Shown piece after piece: positions 1-8,968 of a stretch of 64,000 bases of DNA. How positions within the stretch are numbered: position 1 is the stretch's first letter; each line of letters begins with the position of its first letter. The notes beneath the pieces were generated by a model. That model was not told the origin of the DNA. It did not search any database and was given only the letters and a program-made list of their open reading frames with translations. The stretch lies in assembly GCA_963169855.1 (NCBI GenBank), contig CAUJCN010000002.1, positions 517,608-581,607 of the forward strand, written 5' to 3'. The stretch comes from Patescibacteria group bacterium. Its GTDB lineage: Bacteria > Patescibacteriota > Dojkabacteria > J137. A program made the position numbers and the translations under genes.

Positions 1-55
1 TTGAAAGTTGGAAGAGAAGACGAGTCAGTAGAAATTGTTTAATGGGTACAAGAAA

Positions 56-104
56 GATCCCGTTGTCACCCTGAGCGTAGTCGAAGGGTGCGGGATCTTT
101 TTTT
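56..104 (+). terminator. Rho-independent terminator-like hairpin: nested stems GATCCCG/CGGGATC and CACCCT/AGGGTG, then T7 tract
   Basis: Stem arms at 56-62/91-97 and 67-72/85-90, 12-nt loop, TTTTTTT at 98-104. Lies 2 nt past the stop of the minus-strand gene 107..649, so it may act bidirectionally. Confidence 0.6.
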
Positions 105-106
105 GT

Positions 107-649
107 TTACTTCTTCTCCATGAACCTTTCAACCAAACCTCCAATCAACCAGTAACCCAAAAGGATTACAACACCCCAGAACAAAAGGGTATTCACATTA
201 TTGTAGATATCAGACTTCCAGTAATAATCAACTACTGTACATCTAATGTGGCAGAACAGTGTTCCATAGTTTGTAAGCTGTGCTGCAAGATTAATCATCA
301 TTCTTACGACTTCGTTAATCAAAAATAGTGGAATCAGAAGCCCTACAAAAGTGTTTACTGAGTTAATAGCAACATATCTAGCTACAGTTTTATCATTCTG
401 CAAAGCAACTGTTCTTCCTACGTAACCAACTAGCGAAGCAACCCCCATTACTAGAACTATAAATCCATAAATCATTACAATGATTCTTCCAGCATCTCCA
501 CCGCTATAAGCGACCATCGAGAAAACTGAGAATGCTAAGAATAAGAACATCAACCCTACTGTTTGTTTTACACCAATAAAGTTGTTAAACATTCTGTGTG
601 GTTTCGAGCCTTCTTTGAAAAATCTTCCGAATCTGCCTTTTGGGTTCAT
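107..649 (-). CDS. Hypothetical multi-pass membrane protein (180 aa)
   Basis: Several long hydrophobic segments (e.g. LMFLFLAFSVFSMVAY, IYGFIVLVMGVASLVGYV). No recognisable catalytic motif. Confidence 0.5.
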   Translation of the reverse strand: MNPKGRFGRFFKEGSKPHRMFNNFIGVKQTVGLMFLFLAFSVFSMVAYSGGDAGRIIVMIYGFIVLVMGVASLVGYVGRTVALQNDKTVARYVAINSVNTFVGLLIPLFLINEVVRMMINLAAQLTNYGTLFCHIRCTVVDYYWKSDIYNNVNTLLFWGVVILLGYWLIGGLVERFMEKK

Positions 650-666
650 AATATTTTTATTAATAA

Positions 667-849
667 TTAAGTTCTCGCTTTATACATAGAATTATCAATA
701 AATCTTACAAGAGACTTATTGGCCAATAGATTTGCGTAGTTAAGTTTATCGTCATTTGTAGATAATCCTACTTGCTCAACTAACGAAGCCTCTGGGAATT
801 CCATGATTTCGTAAGAACTAACGGGATTAGTCAAAATAGCACCATTCAT
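667..849 (-). CDS. Small hypothetical protein (60 aa), possibly co-transcribed with 107..649
   Basis: ORF only; sits directly upstream of the membrane protein on the same strand. Confidence 0.25.
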   Translation of the reverse strand: MNGAILTNPVSSYEIMEFPEASLVEQVGLSTNDDKLNYANLLANKSLVRFIDNSMYKART

Positions 850-962
850 ACAAGAATATCGTAACTATAGTTAGCATATCACGAATCTGTGAACAAGAAA
901 ACTGATCCGAAGCTCTTTACCTTGTAGAAAGAATCAATTAAAATCACCGTATTACCACACCA

Positions 963-1484
963 ATGATGTTGAAGTCACCTTCAAATTTCTCTCCATGGGG
1001 TATTACGCGTGTCGCAGCTAGAACTTTAACCTACTTATTCGCTGATGATGGTCCCACAGAAGTTATTTTTGATCTACCTTTGCAGGATCGGGAATGGTTC
1101 GCCCCACTTCATCTAAATGCGGTTAACGATTCTGATCACTATTACTTCCATAAGGTTTCTAGGACTATCGGAAGAAGTATTCAGTATTTTCCATCCTTAA
1201 AAGATCTATTGGAGAGGGGCTACTCCGAACAGTTATCGCAAATAGGAACTTTTTATCCCAATGTTGGTTCAACACAGCAATATTTAGAACACAAAGGCAT
1301 TTTTGCGTTTGTTCCCAAAATAGATATTATTTTTCGTGCTCAGAATGGCGATTCTTATACTCTAGAAAAAGGCAGTATAGTTACACCTTGTTTAGACACT
1401 TATTCTCTGGAGAAAATTGTTCAGTTGTTCGACCCTAGAATTGGAATGGTTCCAATTAACGATGCTCTGGATGCAGAACAGTAA
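963..1484 (+). CDS. Hypothetical protein (173 aa)
   Basis: ATG start, clean ORF, local GC slightly above the window average. No motif recognised. Confidence 0.4.
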   Translation: MMLKSPSNFSPWGITRVAARTLTYLFADDGPTEVIFDLPLQDREWFAPLHLNAVNDSDHYYFHKVSRTIGRSIQYFPSLKDLLERGYSEQLSQIGTFYPNVGSTQQYLEHKGIFAFVPKIDIIFRAQNGDSYTLEKGSIVTPCLDTYSLEKIVQLFDPRIGMVPINDALDAEQ

Positions 1485-1564
1485 AATCTATTTCAAACCC
1501 ATTATTTCGGTAGATTTATTACAGGTAAACGATATATAATTCAGATAATATTAATCACACGTTT

Positions 1565-4402
1565 ATGCTTCCAGCAGGACCTTACGAACACAAACAATTT
1601 GAAAAAGAAATTTTAGACTTCTGGTTAGCAGGAGGTTACTACAGACCTGAATACTCACCAATTGCGGACTCGGTGATTTCTACAGAAGAAATGAAGAAAG
1701 ATTCAAGATTGCCTTGGTGTTTGATTTGTCCTCCACCAAACGCTTACGGAAGACCTCACATCGGAAACATTTCTGGTTACGCATACATGGATTCGATGGC
1801 TAGATACCAACGAATGAATGGAAAGAAAGTTTTAGTTCTCCCAGGAAAAGATCATGCTGGATTAGAAGGTGAGGGCGTTTTTGTTAGAGAAGTTTTGGAA
1901 AAACAAGGTCGAAATAAATTCGATATGAAGAGAGAAGAGTTCTATCAAGAAATGATGGAATTTAATTTCCAGAATATGGAGAAAGGACTTCAAGATGAGA
2001 AAAACATCGGCCTATCTGCGGATTTTTCGAGGAATACATTTACTCTTGATCCAGATATTGTAGATACAGTGTTGGAAACTTTTGTTCAGATGTACAAAAA
2101 GGACATGATTTATAAAGGCGTTAGAATTGTAAACTGGGATCCAAAAGCCAGAAGTGTTGTTGCCGATAATCAATGCGTTAGAGAAGAAAGGGACGGAAGT
2201 CTTTACTATATTAAGTACCCGATTGTTAGTTCTGACGAATCATTGACAGTAGCTACAACCAGACCAGAAACAATGTTTGGAGATACTGCTGTTGCTGTGA
2301 ATCCAAAAGATAAAAGATTTGCTAGTTTTATTGGAAAGACCGTACGAATTCCTCTTACAGACATAGAGATTCCAGTGATTTCTTCATTTAGGGTTTTAGA
2401 AGATTTTGGAACTGGAGCTTTAAAAATAACCCCAGCACATTCTCAAGATGACTATCAAATTATGATGGAGTGGAATAAAGAGAATACTGATAAAACAATT
2501 GGTTATCAAAATGTGATCGATAAAAGATTAACTCTAGTTGGCAAAACTCCAGAAAAATACAAAGGCAGAAAGTACAAAGAAGCAAAGGAAGAAATTTTGA
2601 AAGATCTTACAGAACAAGGATTCTTGGTAAAAGAAGAGAAGGTTAAGCAGAATGTGCTGATCGCTGAAAGAACAAAAGCATTGATTGAACCGTTAATGTC
2701 TTCTCAGTGGTATTTAAAATATGATTCAATCAAAGAAGAATCCAAGAAAATGGTAAACGATGGGAGAATCAATCTTTTCCCAGAAAGTATGGTAGATAAA
2801 TTCAATTTTTGGATGGATAACTTGAGAGATTGGGCTATTTCTAGAAGTTTATGGTGGGGCTACAGATTGCCAGTTTGGTATGCAGGAGAAGTTAAAGAGG
2901 AAATCGATGACAACGGAGAGGTTAGGGAATTGATTCGAACTTCTAATTTAACTCGAAAACTAAATTCTGAAGTAACAGTTGAACATGCAAGAGTTGAGGA
3001 TGCAGAAGCGATTCACCGAATCAATGTTGATGGGTGGCATGACAATTTTGTTGATGAAGCGGCTGGAGTGACATTAGAAAGAATTCAAAACGAATTTGGG
3101 AAAAGATACGATAACTCCGAAGCGATCGAGAAACATAAAGCTGATATTGTTAGCCCAAACTATAAATATCTTGTTGCAAAATCCAATGGGGAAGTAATCG
3201 GCTGGGCTATAACCGAAAATTTAAACATCGATGACACAAAATGGTTTGATGTTTACGTAGACCGAAATTGGAGAAGCAAAGGAATCGGATCAACACTTTT
3301 AGATGCGATGATTTCTGAACTTCCTGAGACAACTTTCCATTTGGCAGTTCCAGAGAAAAGCCCCGCTGTTAAATTTTACGAAAACTATGGTTTTGTCGAA
3401 TACGACAGGAATAGTGAAAATGAGTACGGACTTCCAATCATTCAGATGAAAAAGCTTCCCGAATGGGAAGAAGTTGAATACGGAAACGAAAATCACATTA
3501 AAGTTCAGCAAGATTCTCCAGGAGAAGGATGGATTCAAGACGAAGATGTTTTGGATACTTGGTTTAGTTCTGGACAGTGGGTTTATGCGACTTTAAAGAA
3601 ATACGATCTTATGGATACATTCTTCCCATCAGACGTAATGGTTTCTGGATTCGATATCCTTGAAAACTGGATTTCTAGAATGATTATGTTCACTTATTTC
3701 CACGAGGGAAAAGAACCATTCAAAAATGTTTACCTTACTGGATTAGTACAAGGTACTGATGGACAGAAAATGTCTAAGTCGAAAGGAAATATGATCGACA
3801 TGGATAAAATCGTTGCAGAATATGGAACAGATGCAGTTAGACTTGCTTATTTCTACCAAAATTCAGCTGGAGCTTCTTATTCAATCACTCCTGAAAAGTT
3901 GAAAAACTTTAGAGGATTCTTAAACAAAATCTGGAACGCATCTAAGTTTGTTCTAAACAACGAACAGTACATTGATCAAAGTGTCATATTGAGCCTGTCG
4001 AAATATGACATCGATAGCTTGAAATTAGATTTATCTAAAAAAGTTTTAACTCACATAAACGAAGTAAATATTCACATCACTGAAAATATTGAAAAGTATC
4101 AATTAGGATTAGCAACATTTAACTTGTACCAGGAATTCTGGCATACATATTGCGATATTTTGATCGAAGAATCAAAAGAATATTTGTGGGATAAAAAAGA
4201 TAAAGAAACTGGAGCGATTATTAGTTCTCCAAAGGCAGAAGACAGAGCAGAGGTTTCTACTGTGATGATATTCGCTTTGAAATCATATTTAAAATTGTTA
4301 CATCCATTCATTCCGTTCATTACTCAAACTATTTGGAACGAAGTTCCAAAGGACGAAACTGACCATAAAGTTTTGATGTATAGCCAGTGGAATGTAAAAT
4401 AA
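1565..4402 (+). CDS. valS: Valyl-tRNA synthetase carrying an inserted GNAT domain
   Basis: Class I aaRS motifs: PPPNAYGRPHIGN (HIGH-like), TTRPETMFGDTAVAVNPKD (ValRS editing-domain signature), DWAISRSLWWGYRLPVWY, QDEDVLDTWFSSGQW, GQKMSKSKGNMID (KMSKS). Confidence 0.85.
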   Translation: MLPAGPYEHKQFEKEILDFWLAGGYYRPEYSPIADSVISTEEMKKDSRLPWCLICPPPNAYGRPHIGNISGYAYMDSMARYQRMNGKKVLVLPGKDHAGLEGEGVFVREVLEKQGRNKFDMKREEFYQEMMEFNFQNMEKGLQDEKNIGLSADFSRNTFTLDPDIVDTVLETFVQMYKKDMIYKGVRIVNWDPKARSVVADNQCVREERDGSLYYIKYPIVSSDESLTVATTRPETMFGDTAVAVNPKDKRFASFIGKTVRIPLTDIEIPVISSFRVLEDFGTGALKITPAHSQDDYQIMMEWNKENTDKTIGYQNVIDKRLTLVGKTPEKYKGRKYKEAKEEILKDLTEQGFLVKEEKVKQNVLIAERTKALIEPLMSSQWYLKYDSIKEESKKMVNDGRINLFPESMVDKFNFWMDNLRDWAISRSLWWGYRLPVWYAGEVKEEIDDNGEVRELIRTSNLTRKLNSEVTVEHARVEDAEAIHRINVDGWHDNFVDEAAGVTLERIQNEFGKRYDNSEAIEKHKADIVSPNYKYLVAKSNGEVIGWAITENLNIDDTKWFDVYVDRNWRSKGIGSTLLDAMISELPETTFHLAVPEKSPAVKFYENYGFVEYDRNSENEYGLPIIQMKKLPEWEEVEYGNENHIKVQQDSPGEGWIQDEDVLDTWFSSGQWVYATLKKYDLMDTFFPSDVMVSGFDILENWISRMIMFTYFHEGKEPFKNVYLTGLVQGTDGQKMSKSKGNMIDMDKIVAEYGTDAVRLAYFYQNSAGASYSITPEKLKNFRGFLNKIWNASKFVLNNEQYIDQSVILSLSKYDIDSLKLDLSKKVLTHINEVNIHITENIEKYQLGLATFNLYQEFWHTYCDILIEESKEYLWDKKDKETGAIISSPKAEDRAEVSTVMIFALKSYLKLLHPFIPFITQTIWNEVPKDETDHKVLMYSQWNVK
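2985..3470 (+). other. GNAT N-acetyltransferase domain inserted in frame within valS (about 160-190 aa)
   Basis: GNAT motif A VYVDRNWRSKGIGSTLLDAMI (R-x-x-G-x-G) and motif B KFYENYGFVE, located between the ValRS motifs WWGYRLPVWY and QDEDVLDTWFSS. E. coli ValRS has only about 30 aa at this position. Confidence 0.7.
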
Positions 4403-4405
4403 AGT

Positions 4406-4870
4406 ATGGTCAAATCTGCGGGAGTTTTATTATTCAGAACTAAGAATAAAGAGCTGGAAGTTTTTCTAGTTCATCCTGGTGGTCCATTTTTTGCAAAACG
4501 AGACAATGGAATTTGGTCTATTCCAAAAGGTGGAATCGAAGAAGGTGAATCTGATTTGGATGCTGGGAAAAGAGAATTATGGGAAGAAACGAGTCTTCAT
4601 TTGGAAGACGAACCTGAAACTAAATTCTTAGACTTAGGAACAATAAAATATTCTTCTGGAAAACAACTTCATTTTTTTGCCTTTGAATACAACGACGAAA
4701 TTGATTTCAAATCAATTACCACTTTTATAGAATTCCCTTACAAATCTGGAACTAAAATTGAAATTCCAGAAAACGACCAAGGTGGATGGTTTACTATTCA
4801 AGAAGCATTAGTTAAATTAAACAAAACTCAAGCTACAGTTTTACCTCGACTTCTAGATCTACTTAAATAG
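4406..4870 (+). CDS. NUDIX hydrolase
   Basis: Nudix box GGIEEGESDLDAGKRELWEETSL (G-x5-E-x7-REUxEExGU). Confidence 0.75.
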   Translation: MVKSAGVLLFRTKNKELEVFLVHPGGPFFAKRDNGIWSIPKGGIEEGESDLDAGKRELWEETSLHLEDEPETKFLDLGTIKYSSGKQLHFFAFEYNDEIDFKSITTFIEFPYKSGTKIEIPENDQGGWFTIQEALVKLNKTQATVLPRLLDLLK

Positions 4871-5876
4871 ATTTGTTTGGTTTAGGTGGAATTGAAGGTG
4901 GTGGAGGCATTTGCGATCCTCCAGGTTTTCTATTTGTAAAAGGTGGAATCATTGTTGGAGGAGCCATTGGAGGAACTACAGGATTCTCCGATTCAAGTCG
5001 AACTTCGATTGGTTTAGTTTCCTCTTGTGGATTTAGTATAGAATCAAGTTCTTTAAGTAACTCTCCAAATACTTCGCTTTGATAACGAGTAGAAAACGAC
5101 CCTGGCTTTGCTTTTGATTGAGATTCCACATAATTGCGTATTCTTTCTCTTACTGCCAAATTCTGTTCAAAATTTGATTTAGCAAAGTTGTTCTTCAAAG
5201 CATCTAGAATATATTTTATCGCTAAATTTGAAGGGTTCACTCCATCAACTTGCTCAAGAGAAGTGAGAAGAACATCGATGTTTCTTACATTATCACCCTG
5301 ATTTAGTGAATTAATGAATCTGAAAAGATCGAAAATTCGTGTTTGATAAGCAACTTCTCTTCTCTTAACAAGTTCTTGCTCACCTTTAAATTCTTCTTTC
5401 GTGACCTGTTCTAATATTATCCCAACTAACTTTCTTACACCTGTCGATTCTGGGGAATTTTCTGATTCAATGACTTCATCGACACCTGCAACGTTACCTT
5501 GGGATATTTGGTCATTAATTGCATGAATACTTTTTCCAATTTCAGTGTATAAGTATTTACCCGTTTTACTTGTAGTAGCGTAATATTCTTTTTCGCACCA
5601 GACCATTAACTCGTCTCGTTGGATTTTGGTCAATCGTAAAAGCAATCCCCTTACTTTGTTGAACAAGAATTGAATTAATCGATGACTTTTATCGAAAGAG
5701 TTTTCTATTCTCGGCAAATAATTCACAACTTCCTTAAGCGTTTCGTACCCATCGAAGCCTTTCGCTTCAAATAATTCTCCAAAAAAGCCTTCTAATTGAA
5801 TAGGCGTAGCAACTTCCAATCGTCTAAAGATTACACTGATATCTCCGTTTTTCGGCTGGTCTACCCTTGGGTTCAT
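4863..5876 (-). CDS. Hypothetical protein with proline-rich C-terminal tail (337 aa)
   Basis: C-terminus VVPPMAPPTMIPPFTNRKPGGSQMPPPPSIPPKPNKSI. No enzymatic motif. 4-bp overlap with the upstream gene 5873..6238. Confidence 0.5.
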   Translation of the reverse strand: MNPRVDQPKNGDISVIFRRLEVATPIQLEGFFGELFEAKGFDGYETLKEVVNYLPRIENSFDKSHRLIQFLFNKVRGLLLRLTKIQRDELMVWCEKEYYATTSKTGKYLYTEIGKSIHAINDQISQGNVAGVDEVIESENSPESTGVRKLVGIILEQVTKEEFKGEQELVKRREVAYQTRIFDLFRFINSLNQGDNVRNIDVLLTSLEQVDGVNPSNLAIKYILDALKNNFAKSNFEQNLAVRERIRNYVESQSKAKPGSFSTRYQSEVFGELLKELDSILNPQEETKPIEVRLESENPVVPPMAPPTMIPPFTNRKPGGSQMPPPPSIPPKPNKSI

Positions 5877-6238
5877 ATGAATGGCTTTGTATTTAACTGT
5901 ATTTTTCTTTGATCAAAAAGAGCTACGATTTTTTGCCTCTTCTCCTCTAATGTAGGAACTGCAAAATTGAATCCTTTAATTTTTCTAGCGAAAATATCCA
6001 CGGTCTGTTCAAGAAGTTTGCCGGAATTGAAGACCTCTACAATCTTATCCATAATCTGCATTGTATAAGGAGATCTTGTTTCTTCGCTAAGTTCTAAAAA
6101 ATCAAAAAGTTTGTACAATTTTTGCTCATCGTTAGCACCTCGTTGCTCCATCACAACATCAAATGCAGTAAAGTTTAATGCTTGATCAGTTGGATTTTTA
6201 ATTAATTCTTCTAAAGCGGATTCTCCTGTTGCTGACAT
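5873..6238 (-). CDS. Hypothetical protein (121 aa), first gene of a two-gene operon
   Basis: Translationally coupled (ATGA-type overlap) to 4863..5876. Confidence 0.45.
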   Translation of the reverse strand: MSATGESALEELIKNPTDQALNFTAFDVVMEQRGANDEQKLYKLFDFLELSEETRSPYTMQIMDKIVEVFNSGKLLEQTVDIFARKIKGFNFAVPTLEEKRQKIVALFDQRKIQLNTKPFI

Positions 6239-6360
6239 AAGTTTTAGTTAAGTGATATACATTATAATACCATTACCTGAATAGTTTTTCTAAATTTGTA
6301 TTACAAAGCAAAGATTTTCTGAAGATAATTTTGTAGAATGACAATATTTACAAATAGACA

Positions 6361-7893
6361 ATGGAAAATACAAGCACTACAACGGAAGAAGTAAAAAATG
6401 ATAATGTTGAGACTCCAAAAGAGCCTACAGTGGAAGTTAAAACTGAATCAAAGTTTCAAAAATTTAAAAGAAAATTTAAGAGTTTCGCAAAAACTAGAAA
6501 AGGAAAAATCGTGTTAGGGGTGGGAGGAATTTTAACTGTTGGCTCAGTAATAGGATTGGTGTTATTGTTGAGTAAAAAGCCTGGAGCTCAAGAACCTAAT
6601 ATTCAAGTCTCAGAAACAATTGCTTCAGATAAAATTTATGATAACTACGATTTTGTTTACTCAAGTGAGGACACAAGATTAATTGCGACAACTTATGATG
6701 GAGCAAAGCAACTTGAACTTGTTATAGGTGAAGCTAAGATTTTAGACTACATAATTTCTCCAGATAAACGAAAAATTACTTACGTCCTTTCTGATGTAAA
6801 TTATAAAAATAAAATTACTTCGCCAAATGTTGATATAACAAAATTCAATTTCTATCCTGTTGGCTTTAGTATTTATCAATTAGATTTAGAAACTGGAGAT
6901 AATAGCTTGATTTGGTCTAGGGATAGAATAGAGCTACCAGCTACGAATCAACGACTATACAAACAAAAAGAAGTAATTCTCCCTGACAGCTACGCGATTG
7001 GATATGACTGGAATGGAATGCCATACAGTTACCCTGTAAGTTATTCCGAATTTATTGACGATATCGAGGGTGGGTACATTAGTACCTATTTGCCTTACGA
7101 CTTATCTATGTTATTGACGAGAGGTGATATTAGACTAATAAATTACAGCGACACTGGCGCGTCTATCTTGTTCCTTGCCGAAAGTAAGTTGTTTTCATTT
7201 AGCAATACTTCAGAAACTCTCGCAGAAATTTCTGGAGAAGAACAGATTAATAATTGTTTCCCAGGATACTTAAGGTTTTTCAGCAATATTATCTTTCACC
7301 ATACTCAATGCGGAACTACAATCTTTAGTGTCACGAACAATTCACTGGCAAAATATTCTGGGTTGCAAGTAAACAATGGGGAGTTAAAACCTTTGCAAGC
7401 TACTACTCAGGGAAACCTTTTAGCTGAAGTAAATTACTATGGCTATCCTAGACAATCCCCAGACAGTTTGAACTTTGTAAATCTTTCAACAAATTCTATA
7501 AACAAAATCCAAGATCTTGCGGACGAAGATTCAGCAAAAGAGCTTGAAGTCATAAGATCAGAAAACATTTACACAATCCTTGCTAGCGACATTACTGAAC
7601 CTTCTGGACAAATCGTAAACCAAAATATTAAGTTAATGAAATACAATGCAGATTCTAATTTGTTTGAGGTAGTATCAACTTTGATTCTACCTGCAGATGC
7701 TGGGAATCTAATTTACGATGAATCTACAAACTCTCTTACCTTTTTTATTACCTATCGTTCAACTAGTCAGGTGATAATTGAGTATAAAACGGTAAATCTA
7801 GAAACTATGAAAGAGACTTTGCTATCGACTACGAAAGCTCCTTCAGATTCTGTACTAGTGTATAGACCTAAACTGTTAGGATTAAGAAACTAA
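6361..7893 (+). CDS. Membrane-anchored extracytoplasmic protein (510 aa), hypothetical
   Basis: Lys-rich N-terminus, then a single TM segment IVLGVGGILTVGSVIGLVLLL and a large Ser/Thr/Asn-rich domain. Confidence 0.5.
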   Translation: MENTSTTTEEVKNDNVETPKEPTVEVKTESKFQKFKRKFKSFAKTRKGKIVLGVGGILTVGSVIGLVLLLSKKPGAQEPNIQVSETIASDKIYDNYDFVYSSEDTRLIATTYDGAKQLELVIGEAKILDYIISPDKRKITYVLSDVNYKNKITSPNVDITKFNFYPVGFSIYQLDLETGDNSLIWSRDRIELPATNQRLYKQKEVILPDSYAIGYDWNGMPYSYPVSYSEFIDDIEGGYISTYLPYDLSMLLTRGDIRLINYSDTGASILFLAESKLFSFSNTSETLAEISGEEQINNCFPGYLRFFSNIIFHHTQCGTTIFSVTNNSLAKYSGLQVNNGELKPLQATTQGNLLAEVNYYGYPRQSPDSLNFVNLSTNSINKIQDLADEDSAKELEVIRSENIYTILASDITEPSGQIVNQNIKLMKYNADSNLFEVVSTLILPADAGNLIYDESTNSLTFFITYRSTSQVIIEYKTVNLETMKETLLSTTKAPSDSVLVYRPKLLGLRN

Positions 7894-8873
7894 AACTTCT
7901 TGTACCACTCATTCATAGAAGTAATTACATCTTCTATTGAATGTTCAGCTTTCCAGTTGAGCAGTGTATTAGCTTTTGTTGGGATTGTAATTGCTTTCCC
8001 AACATCGCTTGGTCTTCGAGGTGCAATCTTATACTGGAAATCTTTATCTACAATTTCTTTAAACTTCTCCATTATTTCTAAAACTGAATAACCAGTTCCT
8101 GTTCCTAAATTAAAAACATTAAATCCAGGATTATTTTGCATATACTCAATTGCTTTTAAATGGGCAGAGCACAAATCAATTACGTGAATGTAGTCTCGAA
8201 TTCCGCTTCCATCTGGAGTATCGAAGTCTGTTCCAAAAACTGAAAATTCTGTTGGTTTTATTTTGTAATATGATAGAAACAAAGCTGCAAAAATACTTGT
8301 GTTTGTTGTAGATGGATCTCCAATTGATCCGTCCATTGCGTTGCCACAAACATTAAAATACCTTAAGGCAGTTGCGTTCAATCCAAATGCTTGATTCGAA
8401 TATTCTAAAAGTTTTTCGCAAGCTAGTTTCGAATATCCATACGGAGCAGTAGGTTCTGTAGGAGATTCTTCTGAAAGCACTCCTGTTTCGCTGAATTTAT
8501 AGACATTTGCAGTAGAAGAGAATACAAAATTTTTAATTCCCTTTTCCTTGGCAAACTTTACAAGATTGGTTGTTCCGCCAATATTGTTGTCGTAATATTT
8601 TTCTGGAAATTCTACCGATTCTGGAATTGATTTTAACGCGGCAAAATTGATAATCGCATCTAGTTCAACATCAATTTTCAATAAGTCTTCATCATTTCTA
8701 ATATCCAATTGCTCAAACCTGAATTCACCGTATTTTTTTCTAAGCGAATCAATATTTTTTAAATCGGATGTCGATAAGTTGTCTATAACAAATGGTGTGT
8801 GACCTTTTTCTAAGAGTAGAGCAACCATATGAGATCCGATGTAACCCGCACCTCCAGCAACAAGAATATTCAT
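7890..8873 (-). CDS. galE: UDP-glucose 4-epimerase-like NAD-dependent epimerase/dehydratase
   Basis: N-terminal Rossmann motif MNILVAGGAGYIGSHMV; SDR catalytic segment YGYSKLACEKLL; length 327 aa. Confidence 0.7.
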   Translation of the reverse strand: MNILVAGGAGYIGSHMVALLLEKGHTPFVIDNLSTSDLKNIDSLRKKYGEFRFEQLDIRNDEDLLKIDVELDAIINFAALKSIPESVEFPEKYYDNNIGGTTNLVKFAKEKGIKNFVFSSTANVYKFSETGVLSEESPTEPTAPYGYSKLACEKLLEYSNQAFGLNATALRYFNVCGNAMDGSIGDPSTTNTSIFAALFLSYYKIKPTEFSVFGTDFDTPDGSGIRDYIHVIDLCSAHLKAIEYMQNNPGFNVFNLGTGTGYSVLEIMEKFKEIVDKDFQYKIAPRRPSDVGKAITIPTKANTLLNWKAEHSIEDVITSMNEWYKKF

Positions 8874-8968
8874 AAAAGAAATTTAATCTAAACCAAAGTT
8901 TATCATGAACTGATACCTATTATAAAAATTCCTACTGGGAACTGAATCTTGATGTATAATAAATTGAT

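Noticed and set aside
35-328. Plus-strand ORF of 97 aa at the window start
   Set aside because: It overlaps the well-supported hydrophobic minus-strand membrane protein 107..649 and contains the strong hairpin plus T7 terminator at 56-104 inside its first 25 codons, so it is most likely a non-coding shadow.
4873-5082. Gly-rich plus-strand ORF (69 aa)
   Set aside because: It is the mirror image of the Pro-codon-rich 3' end of the minus-strand gene 4863..5876.
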